Below are positions 23,278 to 35,460 of a stretch of DNA of 64,000 nucleotides, in pieces. Both the position numbers and the translations under genes were made by a program. The notes beneath the pieces are model-generated. The model was not told the origin of the DNA, searched no databases, and was given only the letters and a program-made list of their open reading frames with translations. Positions within the stretch are counted from its first letter, which is position 1. Each line of letters opens with the position of its first letter. Source of the DNA: Gnetum montanum (lineage: Eukaryota; Plantae; Gnetophyta); contig MNCI01001630.1 in NCBI GenBank assembly GCA_015680685.1, forward strand, positions 248,478 to 312,477. The letters are read 5' to 3'.

Positions 23278-23552
23278 CATCCGCTATGACGTAAAATGGG
23301 CACGGAATGTCCGCTACAACGTAAAACTGACAAAGGTGAGTAAACGTCCACTATGACGCTAAACTGGCACAACTTCACCATAGTCCACTATGACTATAAA
23401 CTGGCATAGCTCATTCACTACGATGTTAAATTGGCAACACACATCTGCTATGAAGTTAAACTAGCATGTACAGTCTATTGGGACCTTAAGCTAGCGCAGC
23501 GGTCTATTGGGACCTTAAGCCAGCACATGGTCTATCAGGACCTTAAACTAGG
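23278..23552 (+). repeat. Degenerate tandem array (~9 units, 28-37 bp) in the 3' UTR of element A
   Basis: Core TCC(G/A)CTA(T/C)GACG.TAAACTGGCA grading into TCTATTGGGACCTTAAGCTAGC. Confidence 0.85.
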
Positions 23553-24900
23553 TTCACGACACATCCCCAGCATGCATCTACACCAAGCACACCATCAAGT
23601 GAGCTTGCACAGTGCTGACATGGGGTGAGATGTTGCAATTCTAGAACGCAGTTCACGACGCAATGAGAACACGATCTAGAACATATGCAACGCCGCCACT
23701 CCTAGCACCTTGTTGATTCCCTAGAGGTATTGTATGAAACTTCACTGACCCCTCGAACCTACTGTTGCCACAGCCCATCGCCCTAATGGTAGTTTCTTGA
23801 TCAGTTCCTATTGCTGGAGTTCCAGCAGTATTGTGACCCAGCTACAATATTGTTATCCTCCAGCTCCTTGCCAGCGTCTGGGCTCAGATGATGTTTAGCT
23901 ATGTGGTAGCTGATCCCATTGTTGAACTGAGAATGCATGCCTTTGGTGGGGATTCCTAAGCATCCACCTTCACAGTAACTCCCGGTGTCCCCGACGTCAA
24001 CTCCTCCGCGCCGATGCTACCAAGGCCGCTGCTAGCCTTCCTGCTTTGGACATCGTACACCAGCAATGATGTCCAAGAGCTTCAACAACATCTGTAGCAA
24101 GCAAGCCCTTCACCCTCACTTCACATCATGGCTATTTCCTTTGGTTCATTCTCTGTGTCTGCAGGGTGTGTTCCGGTGAGGCGTTGGTCGAAGGTGCGTC
24201 TCGCCACAACAACAAATGCTACAGCGTTGTGAAGTGATTATCTTAACTAGCTTGGCTACATTAGAGTGCACATTCTACCCTCCTTTTTGCATCCGTAATC
24301 CTGCACTTATCAAGCTCCCCTCTTTTACAAGCTCTTTCCGACACCTGTCAAGCCCTATTGTTTGCCCAACCACAAAGTCCATGACGTGCGTAACACAGCT
24401 CGCCACATGGAAAGCATTTGTAGGCAGGTTAAAGCCCCTGCGTGGATGTAACACAACTCATCTGGGTGCAGTTAGGTTGTTTACAAATGTAAATGGAAAA
24501 ACAACAAAAGGAAAAGGCATAAAAGAGCCAAAAAAGCACACGCGCCTAACGCAAATGGCACGTACACTATTTCGCAATCACCCTCTCCAAGCGTTTTGAC
24601 AAGAGGTCGAAGGTCAACGAAAGTAAAGATGAAAACATGAACAACTCCCTCATGAGCACTCTGATGAGGGACTCTTCTAAACCTCATCTTTTCCCCTTTT
24701 CTGAACCTCCTTCCTCCCTACTTAGCCATTCCCCCCCCCCCCCCCCCTACAAAAAACCAATGCAACACTCTCAAGCATAGCCAAGCGACATCTTGACAAT
24801 CATCGAACAACAACATTAGTGTTTTGTCTTCCGCGGTGTTTCGTATTCTTTGTCAACATCTCTCGAGCCCATCTTCTAGACATCGACAAAGAGGGGCCAA

Positions 24901-26725
24901 TGAAACACCCCAAAATTCCAGGGCATTCTTACTTCACTAGGCCTTCGCAATCTAGGCAGCGTCATGGTGGTTCTTCAGGAGAGGAACGCTATGAGTTCAG
25001 GCTGACCAGTTTGGCAAATTTTCTACTCTCGGTGTAGATAGGCTCTACAAATAATCCTGTCTTCCCACTTGAGTAGTTTATCCAGTTGACAGCCTACTCA
25101 GAAACGATGCGTAGAGTTGTTAATAGTGCTCAGGATGCACAAAATAGTTTGGCAAGTTTTCTAAGTCACGAGGCTTGCTACGCCACGCTACGTAGCATAG
25201 TAAGCTTCAGAAAAAAATTGCAGAACGAAGTGCTACGCTATGATATGCTACACAGCATATCACAGTGTAGCAAAATCCGGACAACCAATTCCATCGCCTG
25301 ACTCCAAGTCTTTCGACAATGGCTCCTTCCACAGGAAAATGACTAACTTCACAAAAAGTAGGCCACATTGGTCGCTATGCTATGCTACGCCATGTAGCGT
25401 AGTGTGGCATAGCGACTTTGCAGAAGCAACAAAGGCATCTCAAAGGGCAGGATCAATAAGTTTGAAAGGTTCACAATGCAAAAGGCAAATTTTGCAAATT
25501 ATCGACGTTTTGCAGATCGTTGACGTTTTTGTGACTAAGGTCAGCTGCTATGCTATGCTACACTACATAGTGTATCATAGCATGGAAAATCTGCAACAAA
25601 CAGTCAACATGCATCAAAGGTTTCCAGCACATGCGAAAGGACAAAACGTGAGTTTTTTGCTTCTAGCACTACACTACGCTACGCTGCATAGCGTAGCATG
25701 GTGTAACAAGACGCTATGCTATGCTAAGCAACCAACATAGCGTAGTGCAGCAAGTAGCTACACCACATCTCCTTGCGTAGCAAGCTGCTACGCTATGCCC
25801 ACATGCTACGCTACAAAGCATAGCACAGTGTAGCACACAGCTATGCTACATAAATGCATTCCATCTGTTTTGATTGTTACTTCACCTAATTGCATCATTG
25901 GCACACGTCTCCAAGCTCTGACGACGCAATTACAATGTGGTAGGTTTGTAATTATAACATGGCAGGCTCGCCGAACGGACATGCATGTCCAATGGTCATG
26001 CACGCCTATGTAGCACAGACAAGTCAACATAGGCCTAAGGCACGTGGCATCCAAACCACATCTTTCGCATGTCCTTGACCCTATAAATACCCCAATGAGC
26101 AACACTCAGGAGGCCCTCTTTCTGATCTTTTTTTTGGTTGGTCGGTTGGCTAGTCCTCTAGCTAGCAAGTGAGAAAAAAGTTAGCATTGTATTCCTGAGC
26201 ATTGTAAACATCTTATTTGACATTGTAAGCAGTTGACACTCCCATTTGGCATTTTGCTCTATTCTTTCCTACTATCCTCATAGCATTCTGCATTGTTGAC
26301 TCTCGAGTCCACGTTCAAGTTTACAGCTGTCTTGCTCTAAACGTCTTGGCTACTCTTGGGATCCCTGCACCCCTTAGCGCTGTGCAACCAATTGTATCCA
26401 CATTGCCAGAGTGAAGTCATGTTCTTGAAGTGGTGCATTTTTCTAACAGCATTTTACTTTGTCTCTTGCTTATTATTGCATTTTACATTATTTTCTACCT
26501 CTTTTACATTTAAGCATTATTTTGTGCTATAAGCCTCGTTCTCGAATTATCTGATTGCAAAAGGTTATATTAACATTAACTAAGTCCCTGTCTGATCGAC
26601 CAGACTATTTAGGGCACCCCGTTTCCATTCTATCTAGCATGACCCTCTCGTAGATTTGGGGTTAAGACTGTCATGACCAATGACCTCTCGGTGTTTTCTA
26701 GCCGTCAACATTTTCTATCGCAATA
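24901..26725 (+). repeat. Element A 3' LTR (1825 bp) with many CTA(T/C)GCTAC / GTAGCATAG motifs in U3
   Basis: Preceded by the PPT; ends ...CGCAATA (CA mutated); TATA box CTATAAATA at 26081. Confidence 0.92.
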
Positions 26726-26757
26726 ATAGAAACACACTGATATACCAACACAAACCA

Positions 26758-26994
26758 TTTTATTGCACACAACAAGTTTTTACAATGCTAAAAGGAGTGC
26801 TTGTTCTTGGGCAAAGCGCATCAAAGAACTATATCTCTTTCAGAAAAAGGAGAGAATGCTTAGTTTATGAACAAGACGCATCAAGAAACTGATATCTTCT
26901 CTAGACTCTAGACTCCTCACAAGACTTCTTACTCTACTTTCTATTGCTTCTAGCTTATGTCTTTTTTCACACTCACACCACACTGCTATTTATA
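26758..26994 (-). promoter_or_regulatory. Putative pregenomic-RNA promoter TATA box and downstream polyA signal of the caulimovirid
   Basis: TATAAATAG at 26994-26986 and AATAAA at 26763-26758, ~230 nt apart, just after ORF2; this is the terminal-redundancy layout of caulimovirids. Confidence 0.6.
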
Positions 26995-27090
26995 CAAGTG
27001 CAGACCGACTTAAGAGAATGGATGCCAGTTGGGATGATCTACTTTTAGAGATTCGGGTTAGCATTATCGATGTTATGGCAGACAATGTTT

Positions 27091-28038
27091 TCAGCTTGAT
27101 GGAGGACTGTTTGGACCAAAGTCTACATCTTCTCCTTCTGATTCAACTACTCTATTGTGAAAGTCATCTGAACTATAATCATGATGCACAGAAGAATCTG
27201 AAGGCATGCTGCTTGTATTGGCATAGGATCTCTATGAGTGGGTTCCAACTAGATAAATCTTGGCTTCTTTTCCTCCTACAGTGCGATATTCATCGATATG
27301 ACGATCTTGATAATAGAGTTCCTACGTGTAAGGCATTTTGAGGTTGACATCACACTGGTGCTAGATATCATAAGAGTTTGTTGTACACACATCTTGGTAA
27401 AAAGCTTGTCCTCATGTGTTCTGCCAGTCAGTTCTTTTGGAAATGCATGTGACTAGAAAGTATATGGGAATGGAGGCCATGTGCACGAAGTGCTAGGCAA
27501 CAGTGGTAGCACTACCATAATATGTGAAATCGCCATGATGCTCAACGAGCTGTGCTCTGAGATACCCTAGGTAATTACTTGGAAGATGGACAAGGGCATG
27601 ACCGAATCTTGCTCACCATGACCAAAACATGGAAGAGTCAATTGTAGGCATGGACTGTGGGTTAAAATTGATGTGATACATGTAGAAATCACTGGGCTAA
27701 TAATATGGCCAATTGAGACAATCATCATTATACCATCTTTCAAAGTCTAGATGACTGATTTTGACATCAGTAGCCAGATGGATATAGGGAGGAGGATTAG
27801 AGGTATGGATAGATGGAACAGAGTAGGTTGTGAAAACCATTTGAGTGATAGAGGAATCAAACTGGTGTTGTTCTGTACGTGAGTAGAATTCTTCCTAGCT
27901 GTGTTGATATTGGGTGGTCTCAGCAAAATACTGTGGAAAACTTAAAAACCTTTCATGAGTTGTACAAGGACGTAAACGCCTAGAGGATCAAAGAGTCCAT
28001 CCTTCGCCTCATAATAATTCTATACAAAACTCAAACAT
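27091..28038 (-). pseudogene. Caulimovirid ORF2 remnant (316 codons, florendovirus ORF2-like)
   Basis: ATG overlaps the end of ORF1; a single frame without frameshift runs to TGA 27093-27091, broken only by TGA/TAG stops; motif MFWSW*ARFGHALVHLP resembles the F..WW..FG.....LP motif recalled for florendovirus ORF2. Confidence 0.65.
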
Positions 28039-31000
28039 TAGAAGTACTAGGGAACTGGAATTCCCTAGTTAAAAAATTAGCCAAAAAATGTTTATGCCCT
28101 TCTATATATTCAGTTTCGAATTCAAAATTGGCTAAAAACAAACTCCATCATATAAGACGTGTATGAGCCACCTTGGAGAGATTTTTGGATTGCAGGTATT
28201 TGTCAAAGTGTTTTAAATCACTTCTAATAATAAATTTTTGTGGTTAGAGAAACAACCTGAACTTTTCGATACCTTTGATAATGGCAATTAATTCTTTATG
28301 AGAACTGTGGTATCTTTGTTGAGCTTCGTTAAACTTGCTAGAAGCGTATCTACAAATTTGGATAATGTTATCTTGTTCTTGTTTTAATGTAGCACCCCAA
28401 AATTGCTCAGAGGCATTTTTTTCAAGAATGAATTTACCTTCTCCAGGTTTTTGACAGCCTCAGTACATCTATCATTCCATGGAGGAGAATGCTTCTGCAG
28501 TAATTTGTTCAAAACGTCTCTTTCTTAGGTAATGTTTTTGAAGAAACTAGAGACATAATTTATACATCCTAAAAATCATTGGATTTGTAACTTATTTTCC
28601 AAAACATCTGAAAATTTATCTATACTTTGTACAATGTGAGGTTGTAGCTGAATGATTCCTGCTGAAATTTCTAATCCTAGAAATTCTATTTGAGGTTTGT
28701 TCTATTTTCATTTTTGTGGGAGAAAGGACAAGGCCATTTTTGTCAACAAGATCAACAAAAATCTTCAAATGCTCTATGTGTTCCTTTACAGATTTACTAA
28801 GTATTAATATATCATCTATATATGCTAATATAAAAGGATAAGAGTGGAAAATTACATCCATCATATTTTGAAAAATGGAAGAAGCAGTTTTTATACCAAA
28901 TGATAAAACATTCCACTCATATAGTCCTCCTAGGACGGTAAAAACTGTTTTCCAACGATCCTCCGGTTGGACTTGTATTTGCCAGAATCCTGACTTTAAA
29001 TCAAACTTGGAATAAAGATTAGTATGTGGCAATCTTTGGAACAAATCATCCTTGTTGGGAATAGAATGTTGGATGGATTTAATAATGTCATTCAGAGGTT
29101 TATAATTAACAACTAAGCATTTCTTTCCTCTAACTAATTCGGCTCGTTTATTTACAAAGAAAGCTGCACAAGCAAAAATGCTTGTACTTAGCCTAATCAA
29201 TTGTTTTTCCAAAAGATCCTGTATTTCGATTTCACATTCCTTCCGAAGGCTTGGTGAAATGCCTATGTGTTGAGCTATGGATTTTACTTTAACTTCTTCT
29301 TTTAGGTCAATGTGACACCAATGTTCTTTCTTGTACCAAAATTTTGTGGGATCATTACTAGCAAATTGTAATAGATGGGTCTTGAGATCATCAAAAATAG
29401 TTTTTTGAATTTCAATTTGATTGACAATCCAGCTTTCTCATTTTTCATTCTTTTTTGGGATTTTTTGAGGTTTAAATTTTTGCCTAGCATTAACCCTAGG
29501 AAACTTATACTTATCTAATTGGATACTATTTTTAGTAATGGCTATATCATAATATTGTAAATTATCCGCACCTATAAGACAATCATACGAAGGTAAAGGA
29601 AATTGAAAAACTTTAAAATAAATGATTTTATTATCTGCCATTAATACAGGAAGCTTGGATTGCTTAGTCAGAAGTCTTTTTTGGGTGTTGAAAGAAATAT
29701 GAGATGGTTCTTTTTCTTCCCAAAAACATAATGGTATGGTTTCTTCCCTAGCAAGCTAGACTTCTGCTCCTGTATCGAGCAAACAATCTACACAATACCT
29801 TCGGTATTTAGGCCATGCTATTGTGAATGAGGAGGTAGGTAGGATAGGTCGTGAGTCATTACAATTGACTTCTAGAATAACACTGACCTATTTTGTTTCT
29901 TTTTCATATTCTTGTTGTTGCCAAAATTTTTCTTGTTGTTCCAATTTCTCTAATTCTTCTGTGGCTTGTTGGATGAATTTTTAAAGTTGTTTTATATGAA
30001 ATTGTCACCACATAGATGTTTGAACATTGGGAGTAACATTCCTCATTTCTGGTTCCTTAGAGGTTTGAGTGTCCTCTAAAAAGTCCTCCTCATTAGGATT
30101 CTGAGAATCTTGATAGAGTCCAATAGATTCTTCAATCATCTTTTTATGAGCTTCTATTTCATTCCTCTTATTTTTTACCTTTTTTTTATAGGCTCTAAAC
30201 TTATGCAAATCTTCTAGAGGGACTTTTTTCCATTTTTCTCTAATTGTCTTAGTTGGCTTTTTAGCAGGGAATAAGTTGGATCTTTCTCATAGAAATCATC
30301 ACTTTTTGATTCTTCATTCATGTAAACATGGTACATGTATCCTGATGAGTCAGAATCACAGGAATATGTTCCTGGTTCATTGTGATAAGAGGGGATATTT
30401 TCAAATTCCATTTCACTAGAAAATTGATCTGATGATTCTAGATAAATATCTTCGTTTGAGAACGATAAGTTGGAATCATAAGTTTAAGAAAAAATCATCC
30501 TATATAATTTTCAATGTTTCTATGAAGTTGATCTTATGTGGATGATCATTTTTCTTTGGACATTGATTGGAATAATGTTTTCCTGAGTAGATAAAACATC
30601 TAACTTCTTTTGATTTGTATGGCCCTTGTTTTCTTTTAAACATTCCTTTAAAAGGCTTTTTTGGCCAATTTTTTCATTTTATCTTTGGTTGATATTTCTT
30701 CTTCCATATTTTCTTAGGTTTAGAATACCTACGTGAGGAGCGTTGTGGTGGTTTACATTCACATAGCTCATTTTGATTTTTTCTATTTTTTATTAATTGC
30801 AAAAAATTGTCTTTAGGACACATCTGTAAACATAGATCTTTACTTATTTGTTTAGTAAGTGATCCTACTAATTTTTGTGTTTTTTGTTAAACACACAGAT
30901 CTCTAGTAACTTTCTCCAAGAATTGATGAATGGCGCTAAAACTCATTTCCTCAAGGTCCTTTTCCTCATTTTGGAGCTGAGCTCTATAGTAGCTAGCAAA

Positions 31001-32900
31001 AGGTGCTGGGAGACAACCTAAAAGATGTTCTTTTACTCCTATGTCGTGTATGGGTTTTCCATAGTAATACCATTCTTCGATGATGTCAAGGAATGGAGAC
31101 ATATCTTGTATCTTATGTAACCTAGAACTATAAAACAGAGTTTTATATGTACTATCTCTATCAGCTTTATTACCTAAAAATTATTTTGTAATGGCGTTTA
31201 AAAAGATAATATGGGGATTATTTAGTAATTTTTTTTGGACAGGTGCTTCTATGAAATTCCACCAACGTTTTAGCATACTTTCAAAGTTTAACGTCGCATT
31301 TAATATGGCATGCTCGTATGTTTTCTTTTCTAAGACAATTTTCCTAGAAATAAATCCACTAATTTTTTCTATTTCCTTTTGTCGTTCTCTAATGGATTTG
31401 TTATCCATACTAAAGTACGATGGTGGTTTCTCTGATGTCCTTCTCACTTGCATTGCTATTGAATCCTTCAGATCTTGAAAAATTAAACCTTCTTTTGTTA
31501 ACATCTTTTTCTCTTCTTCGACCAATGTACCTTCACTCCCTATATAAAGTGTTTCGTTGTCTTCTTTATTAGCATTAATCTCTTCTTCTTCCTTCCCTTT
31601 TTTTTGATTTTGGAATGGTATGAACTGGTCTTCTCCTTTGAACCCATTTTTTGTACTTCTTTTTACTTTTAGGAGGAGTAACAGGTGGTGAGTCTATATA
31701 GAGGTTTTCTAAGTCTAGTGTTTGGGCCTATTTTCCCTTCTTGGGTTTTCAACCTTTTGTTTTGGTACCCATATTTGATGTAACTCTTGTACATCCTTCT
31801 ATACTTCCCTAACTTCTGCATATGTCATTAAGTTCTGATCACTAACATAAGCAATTTGTGGTTAGTCCAGTTATGCAACTTAATGATGTCAAATGGTTGT
31901 TCTATGAAAGTCTTATATTGCATCATATGGGCTGTTTCTTTCGTTTCCTCAGTGTTCATGTTGATCCTTAAAAGCTCATCACATTCTATACATCTAATGT
32001 CCTGATCTACTTTGTGTAGATTCTCATGGGTGCATACTTGATGTGAAGTTTTACTAGAACATGATACTTCTTCATCAGAGGAAGATGTAGAGGAATCCTC
32101 TATATGTGTCTTGCCCTTGTGGTCTACTACCATCCTTTCCCCTTTCTGCTTAATGATTTTTCTTGGATCCATTTTGATACCTAACTCTTTAAATATTTTT
32201 CCCATTCTTTGTATTTTTTATTCTTGTTCCTCATAGGAAGGTTTTTTAAATAGAGTTATTGGCTTTACAGGTTTTGGAGCTAATGGATCATAAGGCAGAA
32301 ATTTTGGAGGTTTTAATTCTACATAATATCTTCAGGATTTTGATGGTGATCTAAATAGGGATTTCTTTGCTTTCTTATGTTCATCGTATTCTTTTAACAT
32401 ATCTTCTAGATCTGGGAAGAGCCTATGGATATGGAGATCTTCAGTATTAATATGTATTCCATATTCCAAGTTGGTAGATCCTACGGATAAAGCTTGTTGT
32501 CCAAACGACAAGATGGTTTGGATACTAACAGAGCTAAATAATTTAAAACTTAACTTAGTTCCTATGGTACAATACACACTGTGATCTATAATATCTACTG
32601 GAATATATGTAATAAGCATTAAACTATTAAATAGATGTGGATCAAAAAGGGAGAGAGTAAAGTTTGGGATAGTAATAATCAAAGCATCTAAAACTAGACG
32701 TCCTTTAGCCTGTGTTATAATTGCTTCTTAAAATGATTTAAAACGTCGGTCTATCACCGCAATCCAGTAAGGTTTTTGGTGAAGTGAGGATGGAGATGAA
32801 TAGCAATCTCGACTAAATGAATATATTGATAACCTTCTTTTTTCTTGAATTGAATTTAACTTATATTGAATTGAACTTTTTCTTGAATTTGTAGATTGTT
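28031..32900 (-). pseudogene. Caulimovirid ORF1 polyprotein remnant (MP-CP-AP-RT-RH)
   Basis: MP: GYQYIHLVEI...AVIDRRFKSF...PNFTLSLFDPHL (32840-32330); knuckle CFIYSGKHYSNQCP (~30600-30557); AP CLLDTGAE (~29790); RT YSKFDLKSGFWQI...FGIKTASSIFQ...YIDDILI (29212-28616); RH YHSSHKELIAIIKGIEKFRLFL...FLANFLTRE; stop TGA 28033-28031. Confidence 0.9.
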
Positions 32901-32969
32901 CTTTTTAAGAGTATAAAGCAAGGTAATTATTCATATTTATTTGTATCAAAAAGTCTTTTTGTTGATAAG

Positions 32970-35100
32970 ATTAACAATGGGCAAATAATTGGAACCCATC
33001 TCATGGTTCCAATTCAAAATCCTTTGGCTCACACTTCCTCATGTGCAAGAGCTCATGATGTCTATTTGGGAAGTAGCTAGTTTGTCCTGCTCCTCCATTG
33101 CTAAATTCTTGCAATTCCTTTGCAATGCCCTCCTAAATCATCATAAACACATGCACATTGCCTTCTTTGAGCACCTTCCTTAGTTTTGCATTCAATTGAT
33201 CACCCTTAGCTCTTTGACCCTTATTATTGTCCCCTTCATACCCAATTGCATAGCTTTATGGGTATAGATGAACTATACTGGCAACAACATGTACATGCTA
33301 CCTAGCTCCAAGTAGGAGATAAAAACATGTGCTTCTTTTGTCAACAAGCTACCATGAGAAAATAGAAGCCACTCTGCCTCACCTTCTCAAGTAACATTAG
33401 GGAGGATTCTAGGCTTTCCTTTTCATACTACCAAGATATTTTTGCTACATTCCCTTATGAAACTACCCTCATCACCGTAATCCTTTTGGCACATTGATGC
33501 CTCTACCAATCCCAAAAACACCAATAATTACCTTATCTTGTAGGAACTATAATCATTCTCTTTCTCTTTCTCAGAAAAAAAAATTAGCACAAGGACTTGT
33601 TGGTTGGATCAATGAGCTTTTTCAATTCCTTTGGCTTTTTGCTAATTCTCTTTGAAAAATACCATTCCACAAATCCTTCAATTCAATGTATTCCCATGTG
33701 CATGTAACTCCACTCTCCTTAGGCTAATTCCCAAAAAATGATCTTTCTCTCTAGACAGATGTAGATAGATTAGCCCATTCTTTGTTCTTTATAAATTCTA
33801 TGCAAAAATTCTTGCTAACAAAATGAAAATCCTTGTCCCTCCTATCATCAACCTCACCCAAACAGGGTTCTATGAGGTAGACACATCATTGATGGCATTA
33901 TTATGATGCATGAAAGCCTTCATTAGGCTCAATTGAATTCCACTCCTGTAGTAGTTGTCAAAATCAAATTCACTAACATGAGATGCTTTCCTTGCTACCA
34001 TGTATACTCTTGGCTTCAACAATTGGTGAATTCACCATGTAAGACTCATCCTCACCACCACAAGGTATGTTGTTGACATTAAATCATAGCAAATGGATTG
34101 GTTTAATCTAAGTCAAGGTCTTTGACAAGGTGATCCTTTATCATCTCATCTGTTTACTATTATCTTTAAACTGCTTGATGCTTTCTTGGCCTATGCTAGT
34201 GTTTCCAACACCCTTTTGTGACTAGGCACATATAAAAAAATGTTGATTACATGATGGTTCTCATTCATGCTAATGTTCTTACTACTCACCTACTTCAACA
34301 AGGTGTTCAAATTTTCTCACAAGTTGCCAAGTTAACTATTAATTAGGCAAATCAGCAATTTACAACATTGGATGTTCAATTAGAAGTTTCAAAAAAATTA
34401 TTTGACTATTGGGAGGCACTACTAAATCCCTTCCTAACATTTACCTAGGCATCCCCCTCTTCATCACCATCTCATAAATCATCTATTGGGGCATGATGAT
34501 CTTCAAAATGCAATGCAAGATCTTTGATTGGCATGGCTTGTATCTCTTATTTGTTGTTCAAGTTATTCTCGTGAAGTTAGATTTGAATGCAATTCTAATT
34601 TTCCAAGTATAATGATCTTTCCACGTAAGGATGTAATAGAAAAGATAGATCATCTAATTCAAAACTTTATTTAGAAAGGGACTACTGATCATTGCAAATT
34701 CTATCTTGTTACCTAGATGCAAACAACAATGTGAAAAGATTGCAGAGGAATTGTGATCACTACCTTTCACCTCACCATCACTAGAAGCCTTTTCAACTTG
34801 GCCCTTTAGTGAATTTCTTACTTAGAATTACCTCTAACATGGCATCAAATCTTTACTACTAAATATGGATTTCCCTAGCAAACTCATGACTCTTCTGTAT
34901 CATAGTTCTTCCTCCAACTCCTTGCTTGGATCACTATCTCCCCAATTGAACTTGGATTGTTGTCCCACCAAACATGCCTTTCCATAATGTTAAATTATCC
35001 TCACATATTTCTATTCATAACAACCATCATTGGCCTTAGACCTACACCTAGCTCGCTTGTCACTAGAGTCACTCCTATTGTACTCACTTTGGCTTTTTTT
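32970..35100 (+). mobile_element. Element C: highly decayed L1-clade LINE ORF2 (RT) remnant
   Basis: WQQ...LQVGDKNMCFF (~33280-33340), YKFYAKILANKMK (~33790), QTGFY (~33860), GL*QGDPLSSHLF (~34117-34155), YLGIPL (~34442). Confidence 0.75.
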
Positions 35101-35289
35101 GCATAAGTCATAGTCCTCATTATATTCTTGATGGCTTTTAAACATTAAAGCCATCTTTAGTAGTCTAAACTTCATGTTCTACATTATTTTCAACATAGCT
35201 TCTAGATCTCTATCTTCAGCTTATCAGAAATGACATTTCATGTCATTAGTAGTGTCATTTTGTTTCATCTTGTGTGGCTTCCAGTTTTG

Positions 35290-35460
35290 ATGTTTGACAT
35301 CAACTCTAGTATCAATTTTGGCTCCAACTATTGATGTCCAACATCAATCCCACTTTTGACATCCAATTTCAATCTTCACTTTTGCAACATATTAGCTTTT
35401 TAGCATTCAACATTAATCCTACATTTGACATCTGACATCAATCTTCATATCTACACATCA
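35290..35460 (+). repeat. Degenerate ~25-bp tandem repeats (AACATCAATCCCACTTTTGACATC-like) in the U3 of element D's LTR
   Basis: Recurrent ACATCAATC / TTTGACATC units upstream of the TATA box. Confidence 0.6.

Larger units (their letters stand above)
9432..26725 (+). mobile_element. Element A: full-length decayed Ty3/gypsy LTR retrotransposon, Tat/Ogre type (gag-PR-[antisense gene]-RT-RH-aRH-INT)
   Basis: Paired LTRs both starting TGAAACACCCCAAAATT (9432, 24901); PBS at 10465; PPT AAAGAGGGGCCAA 24888-24900; additional RNase H between RH and INT; flanks ATGAA/ATAGA are compatible with a decayed ATGGA TSD. Confidence 0.93.
26726..32900 (-). mobile_element. Element B: endogenous caulimovirid (plant pararetrovirus), florendovirus-like organisation
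   Basis: 30K movement protein, capsid zinc knuckle, aspartic protease, RT and RNase H in order on the minus strand, no integrase, then ORF2, TATA and polyA signal. Confidence 0.9.

Noticed and set aside
23278-23552. Repeat-spacer pattern resembling a CRISPR array
   Set aside because: Eukaryotic retrotransposon 3' UTR; repeats drift, linkers are only 6-15 nt, and there are no cas genes.
24819-26105. ORFs of 71-166 aa in element A's 3' LTR
   Set aside because: Arise from repeated CTATGCTAC motifs (CYA/YAT/YAM repeats); no domain signal.
26735-26748. TGGTATATCAGTG on the minus strand as the viral tRNA-Met PBS
   Set aside because: Needs a 2-nt insertion and diverges after TCAG relative to TGGTATCAGAGC; too weak to call.
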